From positions 152,751 through 216,750 of the forward strand of contig JAOPVP010000046.1 in the NCBI GenBank assembly GCA_025966135.1: a DNA stretch of 64,000 nucleotides. The letters are read 5' to 3'. Below are positions 37,593 to 47,352 of this stretch, piece by piece. The position numbers were made by a program, and so were the translations under genes. Below the pieces are notes generated by a model, which saw only the letters and a program-made list of their open reading frames with translations, ran no database searches and was not told where the DNA came from. Within the stretch, counting starts at the first letter, position 1; each line of letters begins with the position of its first letter. This stretch comes from Frankiales bacterium (lineage in GTDB: Bacteria; Actinomycetota; Actinomycetes; Mycobacteriales; SCTD01).

Positions 37593-40460
37593 GTGCGCCC
37601 GTCCTGCCTCCGTTTCCTCGCCGGCACGGCGCTGATGAGCCTGCTGGTCGGTGTGATCGTGGTCGGGGGACAGACCGGCGCGGCGCAGGCAGTGACGACA
37701 ACTGAGGTCTACGGCGTCCCGGCCGCCGGCAGCTTCGCCATCGAGGGCCACGGCTGGGGCCACGGGCACGGGATGTCGCAGTGGGGCGCACAGGGGGCCG
37801 CCTCGCTCGGGAAGACCGCCGACCAGATCACCGGCTTCTACTACCCGGGTACGGCGAAGGCGTCGCTGCCCAACTCCTCCATCCGGGTCCTGCTCCAGAA
37901 CGACACCGGCGCGGACAGCCAGGTCTACCCCGCCACCGGGCTCACCGTGACGGACCTCGCGAGTGGCGCGAAGGCCACGTTGCCGGCCGGCCCCACTCGC
38001 TGGCGCTCGGTCGTCGACGCCGCCGGGCTGCATGTCCAGTCCTACTCGGGGGGGTGGAAGCAGTACGCGGTCGGCGGCAAGACGGTCTTCAGCGGACCCC
38101 TCCAGTTCGGCGGACCAGCCACCGTGCGGCTGGCCTTCCCCGACGGCACCAGTCGCGAGTACCGCGGGGTGGTCCGCTCAGTGCGGACGAGCGCCACCTC
38201 GGTGGCCAGCGTCAACGTGCTGCCCATGGAGAGCTACCTGCGGGGCGTCGTGCCTCGCGAGTCGTCGTCCTCGTGGGCCGCCGCCGCTCTTCAAGCGCAG
38301 GCGATCGCGGCCCGCAGCTACAGCGCCTACAAGCGCGCCCACGCGCCCAGCAGCCAGTTCTTCGACATCTGCGACAGCACCATGTGCCAGGTGTACGGCG
38401 GCGCCGCTCTGTACAGCAGCAGCGGCGCGCGCACCCCCCTGGAGGCCGCGAGCACCGACCAGGCCGTCAGCGCGACGGCCGGTGTCATCCGGACCTACCA
38501 GGGCAGCGCGATCTTCTCGGAGTTCTCGAGCAGCAATGGCGGCTGGTCGACCGATGGCGGCGTGCCGTACCTGGTTGCTCAGCGCGACGACTGGGACGGG
38601 GTCGTGGCCAGCAGCGTCCACTCCTGGACCGCGACCCTCACCGCCGCGCAGATCCAGGCGCGCTATCCCTCGATCGGGACGCTGAAGCGGATGAGCGTCA
38701 CCGCCCGTGACGGCAACGGCGACTGGGGCGGCCGGGTGCAGACCGTCGTCCTTGAAGGCGTCACGTCCTCGGGCGCCGCGACCTCGGTCACGACCACGGG
38801 CGCGGGGATCTACAACGCGCACAGTTGGCCGGCCAGCAGCGACGGGATGCGCAGCTCCTGGTGGCACGTGCGCCCCTCGGTCGACGGCGCCGTCGTGACC
38901 AAGTCGGCAGCACCGACGCTCGTGCAGTCCCCGGGAGTCAGCACCGGCACCCTCACCGTCACGATGAAGAACACCGGCGTCAGCAGCTGGTCGACGAGCG
39001 GCCTGCACCTGGCCGTCGCTTCCCCGCCGGGGCAGGCCGATCCGCTGGTGGGCAACAGCACCAGGCCAGGCGCCTACACCGGGACCGCTGGGACGATCGC
39101 CCCGGGAGCGACCGCCAGCTTCCGCTTCAACCTCACGGCTGATGGGGTGAGCCCAGGTCTGCAAGGGCGTTCCTACCGGCTGCGCTCCGGCACAGGGCCG
39201 CTCTTCGGAGCCACGGTCTCCTGGACGGTGCCGATCAACGCGCCGCTGTTCACGGGCACCCCCGCGGCCGCGCCCACGAGCATCGCGGCGCAGCCTGCGG
39301 GAACGCCGTCCGACCAGCCGCGGGCGGTCTTCGCGGACGGTCGCACCGTGGTCGTCCCCGTCGCCGGCAGCACCGCAGTCCGGCTGTCGGTGAAGAACAC
39401 CGGCAACATCACCTGGCCGGTCGGGTCGGGTTCGCCGATCCGGGTCGGGACCTCCTCCCCGCGCGGCGGCAACAGCGCCTCGGCGGGGGCGTCGTGGCTC
39501 AGTCCGTCCCGACCGGCCGCAATCAGCGCCTCGGCCCCGGTCGGGCCCGGTCAGAGCGGCGCCTTCGACGTCACGCTGTACGGCAACCAGCGGCCGGTAG
39601 GCGTCACCACGGAGGCCTTCGAGCCGCTGTGGGAGGGAAAGCACTGGATCGACGGTTCGCTGACGGCACTGTCGGTGGTCCGCGTGGATCCCTCGATCTC
39701 CCGGTTGGCCACGACCGAGAGCGCCCCGCCCGCTTCCGTCGCCGTCACCAACGGTCCGAGCGGCACGGCCGTCCTGAAGGTGCGCTTGCGCAACGTCGGC
39801 GGCAGCCCGTGGTCGGTCGGGCAGGAGGCCCTCAGTGCCTCAGCCACGCCGCTGTCGACGTCGGCGTGGACGTCATCGACGGCCCCGCCGGCGCTGTCGT
39901 CGAACTTCTCCCGCCCGGGCCAGGCGAAGGTCTACCCCGGCGAGGTGGGGGAGTGGCGAGTGCCGCTCTCGGCGTATCGCAAGAACGTCGGTGCCTACCC
40001 GCTCACGCTGCAGGCCAAGGGCCCGGACGCCCTCTACGGCCCGAAGCTCAGCACCAAGGTCAACGTGACGAAGGCGGTGTTCAGCGGCTCCGTGACCAAG
40101 GTGGGACCGACCGTCTCCGTCCCCCGGGACGGCACCGCCGTGGCCTACTTCGAGGTGAAGAACACCGGCAACGTCGCCTGGCCTCTCGGTGGCTCGGTCC
40201 GCTCCGGCGTCCTGACCAGCGGTGGCTCACCGTCGTACACCTCGAGCTGGCTAAGCCCGTCGCGGCCGGGCACGCTGACGGACAACGTCACACACCTCGG
40301 TGCGACCAGCGTGCTGCCCGGCCAGGTGGGCCGGTTCAAGGTCGTCCTCGCCGGCAACGGCCGCACGCCACGGTCCGCGGGGGAGCCCTTCGGCGTCCTC
40401 TGGGAGGGCTGGTCCTGGTTGGCCGGGGTGAAGCCGGTGCTCACGTACCGGATCGTGTGA
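37593..40460 (+). CDS. Secreted SpoIID/LytB lytic transglycosylase domain protein with four NBR1-like Ig repeats
   Basis: Signal peptide; GHGWGHGHGMSQWGA, YLRGVVPRE, ALQAQAIAARSY, ICDSTMCQVYGG, FSSSNGG; four (K/R)N(T/V)GxxxW repeats. Confidence 0.88.
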   Translation: MRPSCLRFLAGTALMSLLVGVIVVGGQTGAAQAVTTTEVYGVPAAGSFAIEGHGWGHGHGMSQWGAQGAASLGKTADQITGFYYPGTAKASLPNSSIRVLLQNDTGADSQVYPATGLTVTDLASGAKATLPAGPTRWRSVVDAAGLHVQSYSGGWKQYAVGGKTVFSGPLQFGGPATVRLAFPDGTSREYRGVVRSVRTSATSVASVNVLPMESYLRGVVPRESSSSWAAAALQAQAIAARSYSAYKRAHAPSSQFFDICDSTMCQVYGGAALYSSSGARTPLEAASTDQAVSATAGVIRTYQGSAIFSEFSSSNGGWSTDGGVPYLVAQRDDWDGVVASSVHSWTATLTAAQIQARYPSIGTLKRMSVTARDGNGDWGGRVQTVVLEGVTSSGAATSVTTTGAGIYNAHSWPASSDGMRSSWWHVRPSVDGAVVTKSAAPTLVQSPGVSTGTLTVTMKNTGVSSWSTSGLHLAVASPPGQADPLVGNSTRPGAYTGTAGTIAPGATASFRFNLTADGVSPGLQGRSYRLRSGTGPLFGATVSWTVPINAPLFTGTPAAAPTSIAAQPAGTPSDQPRAVFADGRTVVVPVAGSTAVRLSVKNTGNITWPVGSGSPIRVGTSSPRGGNSASAGASWLSPSRPAAISASAPVGPGQSGAFDVTLYGNQRPVGVTTEAFEPLWEGKHWIDGSLTALSVVRVDPSISRLATTESAPPASVAVTNGPSGTAVLKVRLRNVGGSPWSVGQEALSASATPLSTSAWTSSTAPPALSSNFSRPGQAKVYPGEVGEWRVPLSAYRKNVGAYPLTLQAKGPDALYGPKLSTKVNVTKAVFSGSVTKVGPTVSVPRDGTAVAYFEVKNTGNVAWPLGGSVRSGVLTSGGSPSYTSSWLSPSRPGTLTDNVTHLGATSVLPGQVGRFKVVLAGNGRTPRSAGEPFGVLWEGWSWLAGVKPVLTYRIV

Positions 40461-40483
40461 GCCTGCGCCGGTAGCGTCGGGAC

Positions 40484-41566
40484 GTGCGCGTCGGCCTCCT
40501 CCTCGAGCAGTGCCTGGCGCCCGTGCCGGGAGGGACCGGCCGCTACAGCCGCGAGCTCGCCCTGGCGCTCGCGCGCACAGCCCCGCAGGGCGCCTCGCTG
40601 CTGGGGATGACCGCCTGGCACCGCGACGCCCTGGAGCTGCCCGGCGTCGAGGTGTCGCGCCTGCCCCTGCCGCGCCGCGCGTTGGTGGCTGCCTGGGAGC
40701 GAGGACGCGGTCCGACGGTCCCCACGGACGTCGTGCATGCCTTGACGCCGCTCCACCCACCAAAGCGGCGTCCGACGAAGTTGGTGGTGACCGTCCATGA
40801 CGCCGTGCCGTACACCCACCCGGAGACGCTCACCGCTCGCGGCGTGAGCTGGCACCGCGCGATGATCGAGCGGGCTGCCGCCACGGCCGACCTGCTCGTC
40901 GTGCCCACGCACGCCGTCGCCGACGAGCTCGGTCGCTATCTGCCCCTGCGGGACGTTCTGGTCGTCGGGCACGGCGTCAGCGCCGCCCTGGACCTGCCTG
41001 CGGACGCCGAGGAGCGGGCCACCCGGCTGGCGCTGCCTGAGCGCTTCCTGTTGACGGTGGCGACGCTCGAACCGCGCAAAGGCCTGGCGGAGCTGATCTC
41101 CGCTTTGCGCGAGGTCCCCGGTATCCCCTTGGTCTGTGTGGGTCAGCCAGGGTGGGGCGACGTCTCGGTGGAGGCGCTCGCGGCCGAAGCGGGGGTCGAG
41201 GTACGGGTCCTCGGCCGGCTCCCCGACACCGACCTGGCCGTGCTGCTGCACCGGGCCACCGCCCTGGTCGTGCCGTCCCGGAGCGAGGGGTTCGGGCTGC
41301 CGATGCTGGAGGCCATGGCGGTCGGCACGCCGGTGCTCACCTCCGACGCCGCCGCGCTCGTCGAGGTGGCCGGTGGGGCGGCGCTCTCGGTCCCCCTCAG
41401 CGGGCTGGTCGAGGGGTTGCGGCAGGTCACGACCGACACCGCGCTGCGTGAGCGGCTGCGCCGGGCCGGGCCCGCGCGGGCGTCGTCGTACACCTGGCTG
41501 GGTGCGGCGGAAAGGCTGTGGCGCGCCTATGCCGACCTTCATGAACGTGACAGCCGACAGGCGTAG
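40484..41566 (+). CDS. Glycosyltransferase family 4
   Basis: GGTGRY, TVHD, TLEPRKG, EGFGLPMLEAM. Confidence 0.92.
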   Translation: MRVGLLLEQCLAPVPGGTGRYSRELALALARTAPQGASLLGMTAWHRDALELPGVEVSRLPLPRRALVAAWERGRGPTVPTDVVHALTPLHPPKRRPTKLVVTVHDAVPYTHPETLTARGVSWHRAMIERAAATADLLVVPTHAVADELGRYLPLRDVLVVGHGVSAALDLPADAEERATRLALPERFLLTVATLEPRKGLAELISALREVPGIPLVCVGQPGWGDVSVEALAAEAGVEVRVLGRLPDTDLAVLLHRATALVVPSRSEGFGLPMLEAMAVGTPVLTSDAAALVEVAGGAALSVPLSGLVEGLRQVTTDTALRERLRRAGPARASSYTWLGAAERLWRAYADLHERDSRQA

Positions 41567-41606
41567 GCTCGCCTACGACCGACCCCTGACAAGAGGAGAT
41601 TCGCGC

Positions 41607-42743
41607 GTGACCGACGCTGGACCTCGCGTCCTCGTCGACGCCACCGCTGTGCCAGCTGACCGAGGGGGTGTCGGCCGCTATGTCGACGGCCTGGTGCAGG
41701 CCCTCGCCGTAGCCGGAGCCGACCTCGCGATCACGTCCCAGCGGTCCGACGCCGAGCGGTACAGCCGGATGGCCCCCGACGCCAAGGTCGTGGCCGGCCC
41801 GGCTGCGATCGCGCACCGTCCTGCCCGACTCGCCTGGGAGCAGACCGGTCTGCCGTTGGTCGCCCAGCAGGTGGGCGCTGACGTCGTGCACTCCCCGCAC
41901 TACACGATGCCGCTCCGCGCCGGCCGGCCGGTGGTCGTGACCATCCACGACGCGACCTTCTTCACCGAGCCCGCGATGCACAGCTCGGTGAAGGGGACCT
42001 TCTTCCGGTCCGCGACCCGCACCGCGCTGCGCCGGGCCACGCGCTGCATCGTGCCCTCGAAGGCCACCCGCGACGAGCTCATCCGGATCCTCGAGGCTGA
42101 CGCGACGCTGCTCGACGTCGCCTACCACGGCGTCGACCAGCAGACCTTCCACGTGCCTTCCGAGGACGAGAAGCAGCGCGTGCAGGCCCGGCTCGGGCTG
42201 GCGGGTCAGCCCTACATCGCCTTCCTCGGCACCCTCGAGCCCCGCAAGAACGTCCCCGGCCTCATCCGCGGCTGGGTGCAGGCGTTCGACGGTCGTGAGG
42301 ACGCCCCGGCGCTCGTGCTCGCCGGCGGCTCGGGTTGGGACGACACCATCGACCAGGCCATCAGCGAGGTGCCGTCGCACCTGCGGGTGCTGCGGCCCGG
42401 GTACCTCCGCTTCACCGACCTGCCCGGCTTCCTCGGTGGCGCGACTGTGGTCGCCTACCCGTCCCACGGTGAGGGCTTCGGCCTGCCCGTGCTCGAGGCG
42501 ATGGCATGCGGTGCTCCCGTCCTGACCACCCAGCGGCTGTCGCTGCCAGAGGTCGGCGGCGACGCGGTGGCCTACACCGAGCCTGACCCGGACTCCATCG
42601 CGGCCGCGCTCACGGCGCTGTTCAACGACCCGGCCCGGCGCGCCGAGCTCGGGGAGGCCGGTCACCAGCGCTCGCTGGAGTTCACCTGGGCGGCGAGTGC
42701 CGAGGCGCACCTCGCGAGCTACGCCCGCGCGCTCTCGGGCTGA
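41607..42743 (+). CDS. Glycosyltransferase family 4
   Basis: GGVGRY, TIHD, GTLEPRKN, EGFGLPVLEAMACG; GAGGAG RBS. Confidence 0.92.
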   Translation: MTDAGPRVLVDATAVPADRGGVGRYVDGLVQALAVAGADLAITSQRSDAERYSRMAPDAKVVAGPAAIAHRPARLAWEQTGLPLVAQQVGADVVHSPHYTMPLRAGRPVVVTIHDATFFTEPAMHSSVKGTFFRSATRTALRRATRCIVPSKATRDELIRILEADATLLDVAYHGVDQQTFHVPSEDEKQRVQARLGLAGQPYIAFLGTLEPRKNVPGLIRGWVQAFDGREDAPALVLAGGSGWDDTIDQAISEVPSHLRVLRPGYLRFTDLPGFLGGATVVAYPSHGEGFGLPVLEAMACGAPVLTTQRLSLPEVGGDAVAYTEPDPDSIAAALTALFNDPARRAELGEAGHQRSLEFTWAASAEAHLASYARALSG

Positions 42744-43660
42744 TGTCCGCCCCCCTCCGGGTGGTGGTCGTCACCTGGAACTCCGCGGAAGTGCTTCCCG
42801 CCTTCCTGACGTCCCTGGCGCGCGCGACGGCGTCGCCGTACGAGGTCGTGGTCGCTGACAACGCGTCGCCGTCGGGGACGCCGGCGGTGCCGGCCGGTGT
42901 GCGACTGCTCGAGACGGGCGGCAACCTGGGGTACGGCAAGGCGGCGAACCTGGGGGCATCCGGGTTCGAGGGGGACTGGCTGGTCGTCGCCAACCCGGAC
43001 GTGCAATGGACCGACGGCGCGCTCGACGAGCTCCTCGCGGCGGCCGCACGGTGGCCGTCGGCAGGTTGCCTCGGACCGGCGATCCGGACGACGGACGACA
43101 AGCTCTACCCGTCGGCGCGGGCCTTCCCGTCGCTCGGTCGCGGTCTCGGGCACGCGGTGTTCGGCTGGTGGTGGCCCGCGAACCCGTGGACCCGGTCGTA
43201 CCGCGCCGAGGTCGGTACTCCGGCGGAGGGCCCCACCGGGTGGTTGTCGGGCTCGTTGATGCTGCTGCGCCGCGAGGCATGGGAGCAGGTCGCGGGCTTC
43301 GACCCCAGGTACTTCATGTACTGCGAGGACATGGACCTCGGCCGTCGTCTCGCCGAGGCCGGCTGGCAGAACGTCTACGTGCCGTCGGCGGTCATCACGC
43401 ACGTCGGCGGTCACGCCACGTCCGGCGCGTCCGCCGCGATGCTGCGCGAGCACCACAAGGCGCTCTACACCTACCTGTCCGAGCACTACCGCGGCCCGCG
43501 TTGGGCCCCGCTGCGGGGGCTGCTGGGGGCCGGGCTGTTCCTGCGCTACCTGGTCGCCTCGCGCGTCCGCTCCGTCGGCGAGGGCGCCGCGCCCACCCGC
43601 TCTGCCGACCTGTTGAAGGCCGAACTGTTGAAGGCCGACCTGCTGAAGGAGCCCTCGTGA
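42743..43660 (+). CDS. wbbL: GT2 rhamnosyltransferase, WbbL-like
   Basis: VVTWNS, ADNAS, NLGYGKAAN, VANPD, YPSARAFPSL, WPANPW, GWLSGS, YFMYCEDMDL; precedes manC as in mycobacteria. Confidence 0.8.
   Translation: MSAPLRVVVVTWNSAEVLPAFLTSLARATASPYEVVVADNASPSGTPAVPAGVRLLETGGNLGYGKAANLGASGFEGDWLVVANPDVQWTDGALDELLAAAARWPSAGCLGPAIRTTDDKLYPSARAFPSLGRGLGHAVFGWWWPANPWTRSYRAEVGTPAEGPTGWLSGSLMLLRREAWEQVAGFDPRYFMYCEDMDLGRRLAEAGWQNVYVPSAVITHVGGHATSGASAAMLREHHKALYTYLSEHYRGPRWAPLRGLLGAGLFLRYLVASRVRSVGEGAAPTRSADLLKAELLKADLLKEPS
43604..43648. repeat. 3 x 15-bp tandem repeat at the 3' end of wbbL (ADLLK AELLK ADLLK)
   Basis: GCCGACCTGTTGAAG GCCGAACTGTTGAAG GCCGACCTGCTGAAG. Confidence 0.9.
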
Positions 43661-44703
43661 GGCATGCGCTCATCCTTGCCGGCGGTTCCGGCACCCGGCT
43701 TTGGCCGTACTCCACCGCGAGCGTTCCCAAGCAGCTCGTGCCGCTCTTCGACGGCCGGTCGCTGCTGGACATCGCTGTCGAGCGGGCGGCGGCGGTCGCG
43801 CCCGAGGTGTGGCTCGGGACCGGCGAGCAGCTGCGTAAGGCGGTCACCTCGGTGTCCGGCCTGGTCCCGGAGCGCCTGATCATCGAGCCATCCGGCCGCG
43901 ACACCCTGCCGGCGCTGGCCCTCGGGATGGCGACCATCGCGGCCACCGACCCGACGGCCGTCGTCGCGGTGCTCACCTCGGACCACCTCATCGAACCGCT
44001 CGGCGCCTTCGTCGCGACGCTCGAGCGGGGGTTCGCGGTCGCCGAGACGCGTGACGACGCCCTCGTCACCTTCGGCGTGGTCCCGGACCACCCGGCGACG
44101 GGCTTCGGCTACCTCGAGCTCGGGGCGCCGTTGGCCGGTGATGCTCTCGTGGTGGCGCGCTTCGCGGAGAAGCCGCAGAAGGCCCGGGCTGCGCAGCTGG
44201 TGGCGCAGGGCGCGCTGTGGAACTCCGGCATGTTCGTCTGGCAGGCCGCGACCTTCCTGCGGGCCGTCGAGGCCTTCGCACCCGAGACCTACGCCCTGGT
44301 GAAGCGGGTGGTCGACGGTGACATCGCGGCGTGGGACGGGATCGCGAGGGTGTCGGTCGACTACGGCGTGATGGAGCCCGCGTCGACCTCCGGCGACTTC
44401 ACGGTCGCTGCACTTCCCCTCTCGGCCCGCTGGCTCGATGTCGGGTCCTGGCCGCAGTACGGCGACGCCCTCTCCCGGACGTCGGAGGACAACGCGGTCG
44501 GGGCACGATCGTTGTTGATGCTCGACTCGCACGACTGCGTCGTCGCGTCGTCCGACCCGTCGCACCTGGTGACCCTGCTGGGCTGCGAGGGCCTGGTGGT
44601 GGTCCACACCCCGGACGCGACCCTCGTCATGCCGGCCGACCAGGCCCAGCGGGTCAAGGAGCTCCACGCTCGCGTGGCCGCGGAGTACCCCGAGCTTGCC
44701 TGA
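43657..44703 (+). CDS. manC: Mannose-1-phosphate guanylyltransferase
   Basis: ILAGGSGTRLWP, PKQL, EPSGRDT, SDH, GFGY, FAEKP, WNSGMF, SVDYGVME, WLDVGSW. Confidence 0.93.
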   Translation: MRHALILAGGSGTRLWPYSTASVPKQLVPLFDGRSLLDIAVERAAAVAPEVWLGTGEQLRKAVTSVSGLVPERLIIEPSGRDTLPALALGMATIAATDPTAVVAVLTSDHLIEPLGAFVATLERGFAVAETRDDALVTFGVVPDHPATGFGYLELGAPLAGDALVVARFAEKPQKARAAQLVAQGALWNSGMFVWQAATFLRAVEAFAPETYALVKRVVDGDIAAWDGIARVSVDYGVMEPASTSGDFTVAALPLSARWLDVGSWPQYGDALSRTSEDNAVGARSLLMLDSHDCVVASSDPSHLVTLLGCEGLVVVHTPDATLVMPADQAQRVKELHARVAAEYPELA

Positions 44704-44721
44704 TCCGTCAGGATGGGCTGC

Positions 44722-45372
44722 ATGACGACCGCTCTGCTGACCTTCTCGCTGGCGGCTGCCCTCATCGTGCTGCTCCCAGGACCGGACACCCTCGTCGTGG
44801 TCCGCAACCTCGTCCGAGGAGGACGCCGTACGGCGTTGCTCACCGTGTCCGGTGTCCTGACCGGCCTGACGGTGTGGGTGCTGGCGGCCGCTCTCGGGCT
44901 GTCGGCCCTGCTGCGCGCCTCGCACGATGCCTACCTCGTGCTGCGGGTGGTGGGAGCGGTCTACCTGGTGTGGCTGGGGATCCAGTCCTGGCGGTCGCGC
45001 TCGGTCGTTCCTCAGGCCTCTGCCGAGCTGCCGGTGCGACGTGGCCTGCTGGGACGTGGCCCGCTGGGACGTGGCCTGCTGGGACGTGGCTATGGGGCGG
45101 GCCTCGCCACCGACCTGCTGAACCCGAAGGTCGGGGTCTTCTTCGTGACGTTCCTGCCCGGCTTCGTCCCCGCCGGCCGGCCGGTGGGCGCGACCTCCCT
45201 GATCTTCGGCGGGATCTTCGTCGTGGAGACGGCGATCTACTTCGCGATGCTGCTCCTGCTCGCGGGGCGGGTCACGGGGTGGATGAACCATCCGATCGTC
45301 CGTCGCCGCCTGGACCGCGCGACAGGTGCCGTGCTCATCGCCTTCGGTGCCCGGCTGGCCACCGAGAGCTAG
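44722..45372 (+). CDS. LysE/RhtB family translocator
   Basis: LPGPD, GAVYLVWLG, LLNPKV..FF. Confidence 0.9.
   Translation: MTTALLTFSLAAALIVLLPGPDTLVVVRNLVRGGRRTALLTVSGVLTGLTVWVLAAALGLSALLRASHDAYLVLRVVGAVYLVWLGIQSWRSRSVVPQASAELPVRRGLLGRGPLGRGLLGRGYGAGLATDLLNPKVGVFFVTFLPGFVPAGRPVGATSLIFGGIFVVETAIYFAMLLLLAGRVTGWMNHPIVRRRLDRATGAVLIAFGARLATES
45038..45090. repeat. About 3.5 x 15-bp tandem repeat inside the LysE loop (RGLLG RGPLG RGLLG RG)
   Basis: GACGTGGCC(T/C)GCTGG units. Confidence 0.9.
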
Positions 45373-45513
45373 CTCGCCGTCCTGTCGCCCACCCGGCGGC
45401 CCACTTCCCTCCCGCCACCCTGATCGCACCCCCCTCCGCACGCGTGGGAACCCGCCGGTCAACCGGGCTGAGGGAGGGAAGTCGCCCTGGCTCAGGCGGG
45501 TCATACTCGCGGC

Positions 45514-45924
45514 ATGGACCTTGACGAAGCACGCGACTACGTCCGCAGCAACCACCATGCAGTCCTGGCCACCATGCGCCACGACGGGACCCCGCAGATG
45601 TCGCCAGTCGGGGTCGCCGTCGATGCCGAAGGGCGGCTCGTCGTGTCCAGCCGTGAGACGGCTTACAAGACGCGCAACGTCCGGCGTGATCCGCGCGCGT
45701 GGGTCTGCACCTTCCCAGATGGGTTCTACGGAGGCTTCGTGCAGGTCGAGGGGAGCGTCGAGGTGCTGTCGCTGCCGGAGGCCATGGAGCCCCTGGTCGC
45801 GTACTACCGCTCGATCGCTGGGGAGCACCCCGACTGGGAGGACTACCGCCGGGCGATGGAGGCCGAGCAGCGGTGCCTGCTGCGCCTCACCCCGCTGCGC
45901 GCCGGCCCCGACCGCGCCGGCTGA
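45514..45924 (+). CDS. PPOX-class F420-dependent oxidoreductase
   Basis: VLATMRHDGTPQMSPV, KTRNVRRDPR, GEHPDWEDYRRAM. Confidence 0.88.
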   Translation: MDLDEARDYVRSNHHAVLATMRHDGTPQMSPVGVAVDAEGRLVVSSRETAYKTRNVRRDPRAWVCTFPDGFYGGFVQVEGSVEVLSLPEAMEPLVAYYRSIAGEHPDWEDYRRAMEAEQRCLLRLTPLRAGPDRAG

Positions 45925-45927
45925 GCT

Positions 45928-46560
45928 CTACAGGGCGACGGCGAAGTCGGGCTCGGTGACGGCGCGGACCTCGTCGACGGTCACGCCGGGGGCGAGCTCT
46001 CGCAGCACCAGCCCCGAGGGCTCGACGTCCAGCACCGCGAGGTCGGTGATGACCCGCTGGATGCAGGCCCGTCCGGTGTAGGGCAAGGAGCACTCGCGAA
46101 CGATCTTCGGGCTGCCGTCGCGCGCGGCGTGCTCCATCATCACGATCGAGCGCTTGGCACCGTGGACGAGGTCCATCGCACCGCCCATCCCCTTGACCAT
46201 CTTGCCGGGGATCATCCAGTTGGCGAGGTCACCGGTCTCGGAGACCTGCATGGCGCCGAGGATCGCGACGTCGATGTGGCCGCCGCGGATCATCCCGAAC
46301 GACAGGGCACTGTCGAAGTAGGAGCCTCCCGCGTTGAGGGTGACGGTCTCCTTGCCGGCGTTGATGAGGTCGGGGTCGACGGCGTCCTCGGTCGGGTACG
46401 GCCCGACACCCAGCACGCCGTTCTCCGACTGCAGCACGACATGCACCCCGGCCGGCACGTAGTTGGGCACCAGCGTCGGCAGCCCGATCCCGAGGTTGAC
46501 GTACTGCCCGTCCTGCAGCTCCAGCGCCACCCGGGCAGCGAGCTCCTCGCGGCTAAGCAC
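45928..46560 (-). CDS. scoB: 3-oxoacid CoA-transferase subunit B
   Basis: [15 protein letters not shown] catalytic motif, [17 protein letters not shown]. Confidence 0.92.
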   Translation of the reverse strand: MLSREELAARVALELQDGQYVNLGIGLPTLVPNYVPAGVHVVLQSENGVLGVGPYPTEDAVDPDLINAGKETVTLNAGGSYFDSALSFGMIRGGHIDVAILGAMQVSETGDLANWMIPGKMVKGMGGAMDLVHGAKRSIVMMEHAARDGSPKIVRECSLPYTGRACIQRVITDLAVLDVEPSGLVLRELAPGVTVDEVRAVTEPDFAVAL

Positions 46561-47311
46561 GGACCGTTCTCCTCTCGATGCGCTTCTGCGCCCCAGGGCT
46601 GCCCACAGGCACGTGCACCACGTGCTGCACGAAGATCCCAGGCGTGTGCACGAGGGCAGGGTCCAGCGCCCCGGGTTCGACGAGCTCCTCGACCTCCGCG
46701 ATCGTGATCCGCCCGGCGGCCGCGCAGAGCGGGTTGAAGTTCTGCGCCGACTTCTCATAGACCAGGTTGCCGTGGCGGTCGCCGTACCGGGCGTGGACCA
46801 GGGCGAAGTCGGTGACGATGGCCCGCTCGAGCACGTAGTCGACGCCGTCGAAGGTGCGGACCTCCTTGGGCTCGGAGGCCAGGGCGACGCCTCCGGAGCC
46901 GTCGTAGCGCAGGGGAAGCCCACCGAGGGCGACCTGCGTGCCGACCCCGCCGGGGGTGTAGAAGGCAGGGATGCCGGCGCCACCGGCCCGCAGCCGCTCG
47001 GCCAGTGTGCCCTGCGGGACCAGCTCGACCTCGAGCTCACCGGACAGGAACTGCCGCTCGAACTCCTTGTTCTCCCCGACGTAGGAGCCGGTGGTGCGAC
47101 TGATCCGCTTGGCCCGCAACAGCGAGCCCAGGCCCCACCCCTCGACGCCGCAGTTGTTCGAGACGGTCCGCAGGTCGCCGACCCCCGCCTCGAGCAGAGC
47201 CTCGATGAGTGCCTGTGGGATGCCGCACAGGCCGAAGCCGCCTACGGCCAGGGACGCGCCGTCCGAAACGTCCGCTACTGCCTCGGCAGCGCTACCGACG
47301 ACCTTGTCCAC
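46553..47311 (-). CDS. scoA: 3-oxoacid CoA-transferase subunit A
   Basis: [40 protein letters not shown]. Confidence 0.93.
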   Translation of the reverse strand: MDKVVGSAAEAVADVSDGASLAVGGFGLCGIPQALIEALLEAGVGDLRTVSNNCGVEGWGLGSLLRAKRISRTTGSYVGENKEFERQFLSGELEVELVPQGTLAERLRAGGAGIPAFYTPGGVGTQVALGGLPLRYDGSGGVALASEPKEVRTFDGVDYVLERAIVTDFALVHARYGDRHGNLVYEKSAQNFNPLCAAAGRITIAEVEELVEPGALDPALVHTPGIFVQHVVHVPVGSPGAQKRIERRTVRA

Positions 47312-47352
47312 TTCGCCTCCTGCTCGTCGAGGATGAAACTAGCCTCCCTCTC

